Source: Enoplolaimus lenunculus
Lineage: Eukaryota
Length of the DNA stretch: 64,000 bases
Direction of reading: 5' to 3'
Assembly: GCA_030248215.1 (NCBI GenBank)
Contig: JASANG010001128.1
Span: 124,001-188,000, forward strand
Part shown: positions 1 through 14,300 of the stretch, in pieces
Layout: every line of letters starts with the position of its first letter
Position numbering within the stretch: position 1 is the stretch's first letter
The notes under the pieces: generated by a model
What the model was told of the DNA's origin: nothing
The model's input: the letters and a program-made list of their open reading frames with translations, nothing else
Databases searched by the model: none
Translations under genes and position numbers: made by a program

Positions 1-1078
1 TATAATCATGGGCGACAAATTGTCGAGTCGATGAAATTTCGGATTACAAGTTGTCGGTCGACGAGTTGTCGGTCTATGAGTTGTCTGTCGACGAGTTGTC
101 GGTCGATCAGTTCTCGGTCGACGAATTATCGCGATACCAGTTTATTCTTTTCAAGCAAGAATAAATTTTTCAATTATTCGAAATCTGTGGCTAGAGAGAG
201 GTATTAAGCATACACAAGTTTATCTTTAATTTTGATACGCTTAAACCAGGGTACAACCGAAGTTCTACCTCCGGTTCCGGCCAAAAATAGACCTCCGGTT
301 TTGGCAGAATTTCTGTCAGTGGTTCCGGCAATTTCTGCAGCGAAATTGTGAATAGTTTTACTAGGCTTGTTTGTTTAGTACGTTTAGGTTTTACTAGTTT
401 TGGTACAATTTGAGGAAAAAGAATCGCTGAGATTTGGTAAATATAATTGTTAAAATTAGCAAATTAAGCATCATTTTAACTGCCTAATTTCGCCTCAGGT
501 ACCTATTCATCTCTGGCTTCAGTAAATTTTGTTGACTTCCGGCCCTGGCAAATTTGGTTGATCTCCGGGCTCGGGCAATTTTTATAGACCTTCGGGCTTC
601 GGTAAATTTTGTTGACCTTCCGGCTCCGGTATTTTACACCTTAGATTACTCCTTGGCTTAAACTAAAACTCACTACCACGTCAAACTCAAAGTTTCTATT
701 TCATTTTTGCGTAAATCTTAAGCTGTTTTTGTGGCGTTTTTGCTGAGTCATAATTCTTAAAGTAAAGGAGATGCGACAGGTTCAATTCAATGACGGATCC
801 AGAAATGCGAGCCAGAAGCCAAACGCAATTTTAGTTCTAAATTTTAAACACAGTATTTTGGTTTTGATAGCTGTTTTGGGGGGAGCTTAGTCGTGGGTGG
901 CCGCCCCCTTGCGCCCGCTAGTGGTTACATTAGAAATGATACGATGGGATGACGTGTTTTAAGTGATCCAAAACGAAAGTAAACATCATTGAGTGAAACT
1001 ATTTTTTAAATTCTAGTTTTTGAGTAAGAAGATGTAAGTGAATACGTCCCTGCGTTTATTTTTACGATGAGTAGTAAT

Positions 1079-1362
1079 CACTAGCGGGTCAAGAGGGTGG
1101 CGTATGCCCCCCGGCCCTGTCAGGATTTTTTTGTGATAAAGTGGTAACGTTCCTATCTTACAATTTTCTCCCTCAGAAAATTTTTTTAAATAACGCAATT
1201 TTTACGCTCAGAAATGTTTTTTGTGATAAAACCTTACATTTTCGTCGTTAGAAAATTTTTTGGTGATAAAATGATAAGGTTCCTACGTTACAATTTTTGC
1301 GTTTCATAAAACTTGCCAGCGCGCCCCTGCCGCCGTCAGAAATTGTTGGATCCGCCTTTGGG
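1079..1362. mobile_element. MITE family F (hAT-like, GCGGATCC-containing TIRs)
   Basis: cactagcgggtc...ggatccgcctttggg flanked by GTAGTAAT on both sides; relatives at ~17843, 43300, 53257 and 58260. Confidence 0.75.
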
Positions 1363-2942
1363 GTAGTAATCCTAGTTTTTTTAAAGCCGCCAAAATTTTT
1401 GCGGATTGTTGAGCCGAGCGGACCAGAAACTCGATCGTAAGAGGGCGCCGAATCCTAAATTTGAGACCGAATTTGAATCCATTGCTAATTTGCCGTGCCT
1501 GAACTTTTGGGTTTAGTAAACTTAAAATACAAAATTCAGTTGGGTTTAACTTCGGTACAGCGATCTTGGGTCCAAGATACATCCATGGATTGGCTAAAAA
1601 ATGTTCATTTTGAGTGGACGAAGTGAGCGATAAGATAGACGCATTCATTTTTTTGCATTCAAACTTCCATGATAAAAACTTTACTTTAAAATTAAGAGCG
1701 GAGTTGTGAAATTACTCCAGAAACACGGACCTTTTTTCAGTCGTTCCCACACAACTGTGGGCTCTTTGGGCTGGGGCGCCCAACACAGCTTGGCAGTTTG
1801 AAGAAAAATTCATTGGCGGATATTAAGCCATGTAGCCGTTGTACAGTTATTGCCCTACACTGGATTGATGCTACTGCTTGTTAAGATATACGTTTAAGCT
1901 GCTCAAATATTGACCCTGGGATGGGCCGTGCAAAACAGATAAGGGGGTATGTACTTGTTTCATTCCCCCACGCCGGTGTTAATTTGCTATAAGGCGAAAG
2001 TTTTCACATTTCATACGCCGAGCCTTGTGAAATTTGGTGCAAAAGTCAACTTGGGCCGGCTTCAGATAACATCAATGTTTAGGCTTTCTACGCTTGGTAA
2101 TTTTTACTCAGGATCTGCTCTGTACTCGGCCGTTTTGAAATTTTGCCGTCAAATGCGTTCCTGGCTCCGGTCCAAATATTGCAATATCGTCAATTATACT
2201 TGCATGCAATATTGCAGGTCCTGACACACGTTGACGTTTTGATAAGTAGCGATTTGAAATTGTAATGTCAGTAATAATTTAGATAATAAATGTCAAAAAT
2301 ATTTGAGAAACAGTTTCAAATTTGATAAAATCTGTCTTCAATGGCGACCGTGACCGATGATTGCCAACAGATTCTGTGGGGGGGCGGCCTAAGGGTCGGG
2401 TTCGGCAAACAGCGCTGAAGGGTTCAAGGTTTGATTTTAAAAGTATTGCTATGTCTTTGTGCTTTTTTAGCTAATCAATTCGTTAATGCAACAATTATTC
2501 CCCCCTCAACTGTCTGTAATATTAACGTTGACCGTGGTCGATTGTAGCCACAGATCCTGGGGACGGGCTCGACATGGAAGGCCTTAAGGGTGGGGATGGG
2601 TCAATTCGTGGGTGACGGTAAAGTGTTCCCAGTTGGATTTTATTATTTTTTACTATTTTTTGTTTATATTTGTGGTTTTTCGCTTAAAACAATTCATTAG
2701 TACAGTTATGTTTCGCCCTCATTCCAAAACTCGTTTCTATAAACGGCTGAGACATGTTACAAGTATTAAAGTTTAATTTCAACTATAATTCGAGTAGATT
2801 TGAACGGCGTTGCTCGAGTTAATTGGATTTTTTTGTAGTTGAGTTATACTAACGTTTTTGCTCCTCGAGTAATAATCGAGTCGTTAATTGATATCATGAG
2901 GAATGGTGTTTTTGAACTCGAGTTGAATATTGACACATAGTT

Positions 2943-3250
2943 TTCAACTATTTAGCTACAACGTAGGTTTTGAGTTTTAGCTCAACAGCCCTATTGAGTA
3001 GACACTTCACCTTGGGTCGTACGCTGTTTCAATGAGAGACAGTGTGTGACCGGATATTAATTTACCCGATACCGGATCTTGAGATAGAATTTTTTATTCA
3101 ACTATTTAGCTACAACGTAGGTTTTGAGTTTTAGCTCAACAGCCCTATTGAGTAGACACTTCACCTTGGGTCGCACGCTGATTCAATGAGAGACAGTGTG
3201 TGACCGGATATTAATTTACCCGATACCGGATCTTGAGATAGAATTTTTTA
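2943..3250. repeat. 154-bp near-perfect tandem duplication
   Basis: ttcaactatttagctacaacg...gagatagaatttttta occurs twice at a 154-bp offset with few differences. Confidence 0.92.
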
Positions 3251-4211
3251 CCGGAGCCGGATATTAACCGGACGTAGCACGCAAAATCTTGAGCACTGTC
3301 GAAAGTAATCAAATCGTACAAAAGTATACGTTTACTGAAATGAAAGTCAGTTGTTCGCTTGTATTTTTGAGTTTATTTCAGTGAGTCAAAAACTTACTCT
3401 ATTAGCTTGACCGGAAAAATAAACGCACCAAAATGTTAAATATATTCATTTGTCAAAAGCCAAATATCCGCTAAGTTTATACCGGATATCGGTTTCCGCC
3501 GAATATGAAACCGGAACCAGATATCCGATCACAAACGGCATATGGAGCTAATTGGTTAGATCTCTGGTAGGTTTATGAGTTAACAAAAGTTATGCTATAG
3601 TAGACGATTCCCGCTAAGGTGTCCCTTATGTGTCTATCACGTGAAAATATGGTCCGCTGCACTGTTTTTCAAACATGTCAATGTCCTAGGCAGTGTCACT
3701 GTAATTGGATCTTTTTGTGTGCCTTTGTTTTGAAGAGTCCTTTTTGATTGCTACCCCAGCCCAAGCTTTTCTGGCGCAATGGTGTCCCCCTACATTTTGG
3801 GCATTGGGGTGCCGTGCCCCACAAAATTGGCTTGTACCCACCAAGGTCTAAAACTAAACAATTTTGAATTGTAATCAAAGCGCCCCCCCAAAATTTTATT
3901 CAGTGCCCACTAAATATAATTTTCTACGGACGCCTCTGCTCTAGCACCTTTGTCTTAGCTTCAGTATTTATATAACTTTTTGTGCAATTTTAGAACATTT
4001 TGTTGTTATTTTCATTTTGACACCGTTCCAATTTGCTAAACGAATCCGAATTTCTATTTCTTATGCGTTTCAGTAAATATGACGTTTCGTCTGTGAAGCG
4101 TATGTGTTGACAGTTGAGACAGTTACGCGTAAATGAGAATGGACCATGGCTGTTATGGGGTCAAGCCGACTGGAGGACAGACGCCGAAACTTAGAGACTG
4201 GGAGACGTATA

Positions 4212-5856
4212 CGTAGGATTAGGCTTATGTTCAGGTTTAGGCTTGGGATTTGTAGACAGGTCACTATAATTAACGTGGGTCGATACTTAAGATTAGGCTT
4301 ATATATGTTTAGGTTTAGGAGTTGGGATTTGTAGACAGGTCACTATAATTAACGTGGGCCGATACTTAGGATCAGGCTTATATATGTTTAGGTTTAGGCT
4401 TGGGATTTGTGGACAGGTCACTATAATTAACGTGGGCCGATAATTAGGATTAGGCTTATATATGTTTAGGTTTAGGCTTGGGATTTGTAGACAGGTCACT
4501 ATAATTAACGTGGGCCGATACTTAGGATTAGGCTTATATATGTTTAGGTTTAGGCTTGGGATTTGTGGACAGGTCACTATAATTAACGTGGGCCGATACT
4601 TAGGATTAGGCTTATATATGTTTAGGTCTAGGCTTGGGATTTGTGGACAGGTCACTATAATTAACGTGGGCCGATACTTAAGATTAGGCTTATATATGTT
4701 TAGGTTTAGGCTTGGGATTTGTGGACAGGTCACTATAATTAACGTGGGCCGATACTTAGGATTAGGCTTATATATGTTTAGGTTTAGGCTTGGGATTTGT
4801 GGACAGGTCACTATAATTAACGTGGGCCGATACTTAGGATTAGGCTTATATATGTTTGGGTTTAGGAGTTGGGATTTGTGGACAGGTCACTATAATTAAC
4901 GTGGGCCGATACTTAGGATTAGGCTTATATATGTTTAGGTTTAGGCTTGGGATTTGTGGACAGGTCACTATAATTAACGTGGGCCGATACTTAGGATTAG
5001 GCTTATATATGTTTAGGTTTAGGAGTTGGGATTTGTGGACAGGTCACTATAATTAACGTGGGCCGATACTTACGATTAGGCTTATATATGTTTAGGTTTA
5101 GGGGTTGGGATTTGTGGACAGCTCACTATAATTAACGTGGGTCGATACTTTGGATTAGGCTTATATATGTTTAGGTTTAGGGGTTGGGATTTGTGGACAG
5201 CTCACTATAATTAACGTGGGACGATACTTTGGATTAGGCTTATATATGTTTAGGTTTAGGGGTTGGGATTTGTGGACAGCTCACTATAATTAACGTGGGA
5301 CGATACTTTGGATTAGGCTTATATATGTTTAGGTTTAGGGGTTGGGATTTGTAGACAGGTCACTATAATTAACGTGGGTCGATACTTACGATTAGGCTTA
5401 TATATGTTTAGGTTTAGGGGTTGGGATTTGTGGACAGCTCACTATAATTAACGTGGGTCGATACTTTGGATTAGGCTTATATATGTTTAGGTTTAGGGGT
5501 TGGGATTTGTAGACAGGTCACTATAATTAACGTGGGTCGATACTTACGATTAGGCTTATATATGTTTAGGTTTAGGAGTTGGGATTTGTGGACAGGTCAC
5601 TATAATTAACGTGGGCCGATACTTACGATTAGGCTTATATATGTTTAGGTTTAGGGGTTGGGATTTGTGGACAGCTCACTATAATTAACGTGGGTCGATA
5701 CTTTGGATTAGGCTTATATATGTTTAGGTTTAGGGGTTGGGATTTGTAGACAGGTCACTATAATTAACGTGGGTCGATACTTACGATTAGGCTTATATAT
5801 GTTTAGGTTTAGGGGTTGGGATTTGTGGACGGGCCACTATAATTAACGTGGGACGA
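4212..5856. repeat. 78/79-bp tandem satellite, ~21 copies, rich in TTAGG motifs
   Basis: Unit ttaggattaggcttatatatgtttaggtttaggcttgggatttgtggacaggtcactataattaacgtgggccgatac; 26-aa periodicity in the overlapping ORFs. Confidence 0.97.
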
Positions 5857-6254
5857 TCGAGAAACGGTGGGTTCTAAGCTGTGACTAGAATTAGAAAACA
5901 TCGGGCACCTGGGTAAAAAATATACTAGAAACAGAGTTGAGTTTGCATCCTGTGATTGGAAAGACTTTAGAATAAGAATATTCACCATATTTTTGAGGTC
6001 AACAAAATTGTCTCGCTTGCTATATTCGATTTAAAAATAAAATACCTTTACTTGGATTATGCCATTTCGAATCCGAACCCTGGCCACAAGCCTCTGCCCT
6101 GAAGGCTTGAACTGGTTGCGCCTCGATAGTCGAGGGGGGGCCTAAAATATTCCTGGCTGGCTTTTCGTAATATTTTGTTATTTTTCAAGAGTAAAAAAAT
6201 TGCAGTTTTGCGTTTGCATAACAACAACGTATGCAGGCTGTGACGCACTGTTAC

Positions 6255-6465
6255 CAGTCGTGGATCCAAAAAAATTTCTGACGGGGGTCGCAAGTGGCAA
6301 ACGTTATGAAACGCAAAAATTGTAAGCTAAGAACTTTATCGTTTTATCAGCAAATAATTTTGTGAGGGCGAAATATTGTAAGGTAGCGAGGGACATTACC
6401 ATTTTAACACAAAAATATTTCTGTTGCGGGGGGGGTGTAGACGCCTCCCTCTGGTTTCGCTAGTG
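6255..6465. mobile_element. MITE family F
   Basis: cagtcgtggatcc...ggtttcgctagtg; TSD actgttac/actgttgc. Confidence 0.78.
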
Positions 6466-7459
6466 ACTGTTGCTGTATTTAAAACTTCACATTAATTAAT
6501 CGTAATCGACTTTAGCAGTGTTTAGTTTAAAATTTTTTAGTTTTTCGCCTAAACAACAGTGTATTTTGCTTCAAATGTATGGGCGTAGCCAGGGTTTTTC
6601 TGCCAAGGTTACCGGTCGCATGCTAGGCAGCATGCGTAGTCAGCATTTTTGGTTTGTGGGGTCGCACAAATCCTTTAAATATATATAGTAGGTTTATACC
6701 GGATACCGGACTCGGATGCGGGTTTTTGGCGGATAGTAAACAGGAGCCGGATATGCGGTCGCACCATTGTGTGTTAGAGTGAGAAAATAAAATTTAGCAC
6801 ATATATCACTATTGCAATGTCGGTTCAGTTAAGCGAAAAGCACGAACAACTAGTGTGTGGCAATGAAACGCATAGGAGATTATAGTTTCAATTTGTTCAA
6901 AAATGAAATTTTTCCAAGAACATTTTGAGGGGTATGGGCACCCTTTGGCCCCCACCTGGCTACGCCCCTGCGCCCAACAGTGTCCTAAAGCCTATGGATA
7001 CATCGAAGCAGAATCCTAATTGCAATCCTAAGCCTAATCATAATAAAAGGCGACGAATTGTCGAGTCGATGAAATTTCGAATTACAGGATGCCGGGTAAC
7101 GAGTTGTCGGGTGGACTAAACTGTTGTGATACCTTATGTGCCCTTAGGCTAAACTGCTATTCAGGTCAATTACTGATTGGCGCAGGCCAATTTGGTCAGT
7201 AAAATTTCATAGTGCCTTGAGTTCGTTTGTCTGTAAACGCCCCTGTCTTGGTGTTCATAGAACGTGATTTTTAGTAAATTGGCCTACTCTAAGTGCCCTT
7301 CAAATCCAGTGACTGCCCCTGAGTGTTCCGAAAACAATAATATAGGGCGTTTTGAGTCATTTGTCACAGCGTTCTGTAAAAGTTTTGCCGATTCGCTAAA
7401 TTTTTGCGGCCTTAAACCGCCGGCCTGAATAAAAATGCAAATGCTGAATGCAATGTAAA

Positions 7460-7735
7460 CAGCGGTGGATCTAAAAATTTCTAATCGGCTGCAGGCTGGC
7501 AAATGTTATGAAACGCAATTTTTACTGTATGCTCTATATGTCACGGGCAGGGAAAAATTGTAAGGTAGAAACCTTATCATTTTATCACAAACAATTTCCA
7601 ATGGGAAAAACTGTGTTTATTTTATAAAAAAATTCCCAGCGGAAAAATGGTAAAACAGAGATGACTTGACCATTTTCACAAAAACATTTCTGACGGGGAA
7701 CGTACGCCCTCTGCCCCACTGTGGATTCGCTAGTG
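7460..7735. mobile_element. MITE family F
   Basis: cagcggtggatc...ggattcgctagtg; body shared with 6255 and 58260. Confidence 0.75.
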
Positions 7736-9499
7736 ACAGTAAAGTTAAAAAAAGCGTATAGCAAACTCAGTATTCGAAGTAATAAAATTTGATAGTTTTT
7801 AAATTGAAACAAAACACTTTTTGAATTCAAAAATTGCCGAATTCAATTTTAAAATATTTAGGTTTATGAATCGTAAACGCATGGCTGGACGTTGCGTTAA
7901 GACACGAGAACATCGTTACCGGAAGCGAAGTTTTGAACTCATAAAATGGTTTTGAAAATTATTAGCAATAGTTAATGCTAGTCAATGTTGTTGCAAATTT
8001 GTAACCCTAAAATATTCCTTATAGAACTTTATCAGAATACGTTTCATATGCGCCGGAAATGGGGGGTGCATTTGTCCCCAAATGAGATTGAGGGGGCACA
8101 GCCCCCCACCAGTGATTATTGATTTCTTTCAACAATTTGCTCCTACTGGGTAATTAAACGAATGTAACTCAGGCGTAGGTCAAACTCAGAGTGTTCGTGA
8201 AGGCAACTGCAATTTTCAAAATCAGAACAGTTTGATGTGTCAGGCTGAAAACTAAATTTGACCAATTCAGTTTGAGTGGTGATGAAAAACGAAAAACGCT
8301 TTCGCGTTACTGCAGAGTTAAAGTGAATACTTCATTTTACTGCAACATTTTGCCTGTCACATTTTTTCACAAAACAATGTGATTTTGGCAAAATAACACT
8401 GTAGTAGAATTCGACCATTTTAGATACCTGTACCATCGTTTGCCCTGATACGTTGTAATTTTCATATTTCGCTCGTGGGATCGTTTTTAAAATTCTAATT
8501 GTATACCATTTTTTGGCAAAATATTTCCAAAACTGTTATCAGTTTTATGTTTTGTTGCGATTTCCTGCATATCTGAAAAATCCTTTCACTTGTGGCGCAG
8601 CGATTTCATCTTCTTACAAACGTAAAATTATAAGCGGCACCTTAGGTGCTCTATTTTCATCAATAGCATATGTCCACTCCGGACTCGTAGTCAAGGGGGG
8701 CAGGGGGGCTCTGCGTCCTGCTAAAAAATTGTGGCCCCTTGGTAGAAAATTTTCAATTTTTCTTCTGAGTGTATGAATTGGGTCTCCTTGCAAGGTGATC
8801 TGGCTACGAGCCTGACCCCCTACCATCACTAATTCATGGATCCGTCACTTGTGGCTACGGGTCTATAAATAGGTTTTACTAAGCCTAAGGTTCAAATGGT
8901 CTAAGATCAAGCATATATACTCGAATGAAATTAAAATAAGTAAAACCATCAGCAATTACAGGGTCAACGCCAAATTTGATTGGCGGCAATACCGGCGAAT
9001 GAACGCGCTCTTGACAAATCTCGGGTTCAACTTCAAATTTTGATTGGCGGCAATAGCAGCCACTTGACTAATCTCAAGGTCCACACCAAATCTGATTGGT
9101 GGCAACAGTAGCCAGACAATGAGCGCGCTCGTTGCCGTAGCTTCATCTACTCTTGCACTCGTACAGCACCAAATGAAATTCCGCTGGCTTAAAAAATCCA
9201 AACTTACACTTTAATCTGTGATAGACTGGATTACAGCGAATTTTACGTTGTTGTTTGCTTGAATTATATTTCAACTAGCAAGCGTATAAACTTTCCTATT
9301 TTTCTGTAGCTTTATTTTAGTACACTATAGCTGAAATATTTTAAGCCCAAACATAGCTGTAGGTGCGATGGGAGGGATGATAGGTCACACCCTGCCATCA
9401 ATTTGTTCCCAGGGCAGAGATTTTTAGACTCAAAGAATTCGTTGCAAAAGTTCGTTTGACTTTCTGTTTTGGATACAGTTTACTAGCGTTAGCTTTGGC

Positions 9500-9671
9500 G
9501 GCCAATGTAAATAACAGGGTCGTAACAGTAGTATAGGCATATTCCGAAGCCTAAGCGTACGGATAAGCCTATACCTATGCCCAAGCCAAAGCAAAAAATT
9601 AGTCTAAAGCTTAAGCTTACTCAATTGCAGTTCTGTAGAGAAACGTTCCACCTTTGATCTATACATGGGCC
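9500..9671 (-). mobile_element. MITE family A (GGCC-ended TIR, 8-bp TSD, internal TTAGGC repeats)
   Basis: Termini ggccaatgtaaa...tacatgggcc; perfect TSD GCTTTGGC. Confidence 0.88.
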
Positions 9672-10376
9672 GCTTTGGCGTACGGTGGATATTGTGATGT
9701 TTAGTTTTATAAAACATACTGTTCCCTGGGGCAACGATCACGATTAGAAAGAGGAAGGCTTTCAAAGAGCCGATGCTAATTTCTACAACCTTAAGATACG
9801 GCTTCAGGCTTTTGATGTTTACGTTGCTCTACAAAAATAAACACAGTCGGCATTAAGACTACTGGTTAAGTATTGTTGGCTCTTGTACACTTTACCGTAC
9901 GGCATCATGACAATTCGTCGCCCGACAACTTGTAATTCGAAATTTCATCGCGTCGACAATTGGTCGAAAATCAATATTCGGTTTTGGCTCAGACTTAGGA
10001 TTACGCATAGGATTATGCTTAGATTTATTCATAGGCTTTAGGACACTGGTATGCGAATAACTTGTCGAGCGACGAATTGTAGTAGATATTTGCGCCCAAG
10101 GCTCCGGCTCACGCTTAATAAAGGCTTAGGCTTGGTAAGCTTTCAAACCTAAGCCCAAGCCTAAACCTAAATGTAGGGCAACTGTTGAACAGCTGTGTTG
10201 TTTCTTGTGAGGCTCTGATAGGGCAAATTCTACCCGTTCTCTTATTGGTTACTTCCGACAGAGCACGCTGTTATGCTTACGCATTCATCACGTTTCTGTA
10301 GACCACCTTGCTAGCCAATTAGATGCTTGCTGTTATTTTAGTTTAATCTCAACTTCAGGATACTAATTCGTCAACT

Positions 10377-13292
10377 ATGATACGACGTACAAACCGTCGA
10401 TCTAACAATCCTTACCAACCTGGCACTGTCGACCATACTTATATGGCAAAGTTCCCAAAAATTGGCCCCAATCAATCCCAACGATCGAGAAGATGCCTTA
10501 ACGATGGTCACGGACCAAAATCCAGCTTTGAACCAGACCACATTTTTCCTGCGCTCAGCCAGCCAGCGTCTGGGTCGCAGTTAAAGGAAGTTACTAACGG
10601 CATTGCAACTTACTGCTACCCCCAGAGCTGTAAGGCTACCGACGACCCTGTATTAGGGATCAATTCAGATCCAACATACAAATCGGGACCTGACCAGGGA
10701 CATGGATCGAAACTATCCGTATTTTCAAGAAGTCCAAAAATTTTGAGAAGTCATCGAAAAACAGCTGAGCCGATTTACAAAGCTATAGCGCCGATTTCGC
10801 GTAGCTCCAGTTTTACTTGGGTGCCTGAAAATGATGGACGTGTTTCGAACGCTGAAACGTTTGATTTCGAACAAAATGACAGTAATTCTCACAGGCAACG
10901 AGGAAATGTCTCAAACGCTCGTTTGGTCGAGTATATGGTCGACGAGAATCCGGCTAGCGACGCAACAGCGAATCAGAATCGATCCATTGACTCAACAGAA
11001 GATGACAGTCAATTTAGGATTTCGACATCCAATCAGAATCGTTTCCTCAATTCAACAGCCAATCAGAATAAATTTAGTAAGTCAACAGTCAATCAGAATC
11101 GAGTCAACAACGACGCATCCAATCAGAATCGATTTAGTAACAACTCGAAAGCCAATCAGAAAGGATTTCGCGACTATTCCACAACCAATGAGAAACCTGA
11201 GCGCCGCTACTCGCCAGAAACCAACAACCATTCAGAATCACGTTCATCGGAGCTAAGTGATCGTAGCTATGGCAACGATAATGTTGACGAGCAAAACAGT
11301 ACATTTTGTTCCCTGTCGTATTCTTACGAAGAGCAATTTTCAAGCACCGCCAACGAACGATCACAAGACGCCAGAACGGGAAATATGCTGATGGAACAAA
11401 AGCAAAATACCAACGACGATGAGTTAAACGCAATGGATACAACAAGCGATATGAGTTTGGAAAGTTCGGCTAATGTATCACCACAATTTGAGTTCAATTC
11501 AAAGGCCCAAGAAGATGCCCTATCGAGCATTAAATATTTGAATCTTCAGCGAAATTCAGGCCAAAACCAGGACAAGAATCGGGCAAATTTTGGTCAGGAA
11601 GAATGTTTCACGAATTCAAAATGGACCAGGACCCCTCGTATTAGAATGGGTTGCGCTGCAGTTCAAAGTTCGAAAAAATACACACCTTCAGTTACAGGAA
11701 ATAATCCTTGTTTCAAGCCGAATATTGAATACCAGGAAACGTGTTTGACTACTGCCGCCGCCGCGATGCCGTCCAGTTTCAAAGGACAGCGCGGCGAATT
11801 TTTTGGACTTGATAATTTGTCTACAAAGTCTGAAAAATGTGTTAAATGTACTCTTTACGATGAGCCAACAATGACAGAATCAGCAACCATTGTGCCTAGA
11901 AATAAATCTTTGCGTCAATCTTACGATAAACCAACCTCCGAAGCAGGTAATCTGCCAATGAACGTCAAGCATTCTGAGGTGAACACAAAGTATCCAATCA
12001 AAATCGTTGAGGTGAACCCAAAATATAACCAATCAGATGCGAATGATGCATGTGGATGCGACAACAAAATTTCATTGGGCGATAAAAAGATTGCTGAATT
12101 GATATATGATAATGTAGCAAATCACAGTATTGCACCACAAAAGGCAGCACCAGTTGTGGCCGACGACTATAAAGTTCGCTTGAACGCTGAAGAGGTACGG
12201 ATTAATGCTGAACAAAAGCAAATTCCTTCAAAACCAAACCAAAATTATGGCTTCGGTTTAGAATCGTCTGGCGAAACAGTTCAAAATTTTGGTTCAAATC
12301 TCCAAGAAATTCGTCAATCCGTTCGTTTATCTAATTCTTCTACTGGGCATGCCTCAAAACCGTCAGGTTTTAGCCGAGCACCGTTATCAGCATTTCAACC
12401 AATTGGAAAAGCGCAAATTCGAAACGTTATTTCAATAACGAATCATCAAATCACGAGCGGTCGCGGTGGACTGTCAACAGCCCATCAGAATTCAGAATTC
12501 ACAAACCCAAATTGCCAAGCACAACTGGGATTAACCAATCAAATTACATCTCGAACACAATCAGCCAATCAGCGTTCAGCGTTCAAAAATGACCGTTGCC
12601 AACCTCAACGGGAATCAACCAATGAGAATCCATCAAACCAGCCCACGCTTCAACCATTGGTCACTCGCCCGGCAAAGCCTGTGAGATCATCAAAACGTCC
12701 TACTCCTCCTATTGGTCCCTCGCTTGCAACTGCAACGGCGTTGTTTTCAACAAGCTCGATTGTTCAAGAAGATTCTACCCACGCGCGATGTGTTTGCACA
12801 AATTGCATACAAGCAACGCTGGATAATTTCGCTCGCCCTGCTGACTGTTGCTGTTCGCCAGATTCGTTTGTGGCAGCACCGGATTGTTGTTTACGGTTCA
12901 GTGAACACCAAGATCACCACCGACATCATAATCATCATCATCAACAAAAACAACAACATCATCAACAGCAAATAAAACACCAGCAACGTAAAGAACAACA
13001 GCAACAAGTCTCTCGAGACGCTTCGCTGACATCTGGGATTTTAGCCGACAGCGAGCGAATCCAATCTCAGATGACGTCATCGTCAAAGACCTCAACATCA
13101 ATGACATCATCGTCGATGACGTCATCGTGTAACTGTCATAGACGTCATTCGGCGCATAGACGTGCGATAGAGAAGACCCATGAGTGTTCGCAAGTGTTTG
13201 CAAAATCCTTTGATCCCAAATCGAGTGATGCAAGTGATGATAGCACTAGCGCAAGCTTTGATGTACGTTGCGAAGAAATTGTGTTGAAAAAG
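10377..13292 (+). CDS. Large low-complexity N-terminal coding exon of the long isoform of the DLC1/STARD13-like RhoGAP gene (972 codons)
   Basis: 998-aa ORF; acceptor-like aacttcAG at 10358, 18 nt in frame before the ATG; donor AAG|GTAAGT after 13292 (phase 0); frame continues into exons 13907 and 15829 and then into the SAM exon. No recognisable domain. Confidence 0.75.
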
Positions 13293-13906
13293 GTAAGTTC
13301 ACTGCTTGGCTTTGTACAATATTGGCTGATGTTTTGTTTAGGCACGAGGCCTGTAGCCAGCTCACCTTACTAAGGGAGTTAAAAATTATTCAACAACGGC
13401 ATACAAGGGTTTTCGTTGACTTGCAAGCAAGGTTGAAAATTTACTAGTGATAAAAATAATTCCAGACGGTCTGTACCCGCTCCTTGGATACGGGTCCGTT
13501 ATGCAACTTTCACAGTAGCTTGCGTAGAGACTAGAATTGCGAAACAATTTGTATTGCACCCGTAACAAGCTTGCATTTTTGATTTGATTTCGCTGGCAGT
13601 TATTAAATAATTTATTTCTGTTTTTTAAAACAATTCCTTCATTAAAGTTTGTTAGTAATGAACTATTGACCAGATATACGCGCTATATATGTCATGTCTC
13701 AAACACATGTTTGTCCAAGTTGGCAACATTAACATCCCAAACACCATTTTTATATTTAGAGCAGCGCAAAACAACTACTGGAATGCAAACTGGTTTTGAT
13801 TGCGACAAAAGCAACATTAAACTTGCTCGTCAGTTAAGTCCAAAAGCCACATAGTGGGTTCTGTATTTAACTGTATACATTTCGCAAAAGTTGTCTTTAC
13901 TTTTAG

Positions 13907-14170
13907 GACTTAGACATCTTACCGCAACGACAAATACGTCAACCTGAAGCGTTCCAACAGTACATCCGGGCCGGACCGGAACCAGATCCCGTGGTTATAA
14001 GCCGGAACTCAAATCGTGGTCTGCCATTTCCGGTAGCTCTTGCCCAGCTCAACGACCTCCAGTCACCTGCCCCTCGAGCTTCTGGAGGCGGTGGCTCACT
14101 GCAAGATTTGTTGGCGACACCGGAAAACGATGATGACGACGATGTTTTTGGTGAAGCTGACAGCCAAGTG
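13907..14170 (+). CDS. Coding exon 2 of the long isoform (DLDILPQRQ...GEADSQV)
   Basis: ttttAG acceptor, GTG|GTAAGT donor, 264 nt, phase 0/0, open in the frame of ORF 13991..14272. Confidence 0.75.
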
Positions 14171-14300
14171 GTAAGTGACTACATCACCACATTAATTTTT
14201 AGGGGGACAGCTTGCCCTGGAAAAATTTTGCCCCCCCCCCCCCGGAAAAGTTTCAACCTTGCTTGTAAATAAGTCAACGATGTTCGGAAAAATAGAATCT

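Noticed and set aside
4212..5856. CRISPR-like array or repeat-protein ORFs
   Set aside because: Units are contiguous with no unique spacers, there are no cas genes and the context is eukaryotic; the ORFs are broken by 79-bp units.
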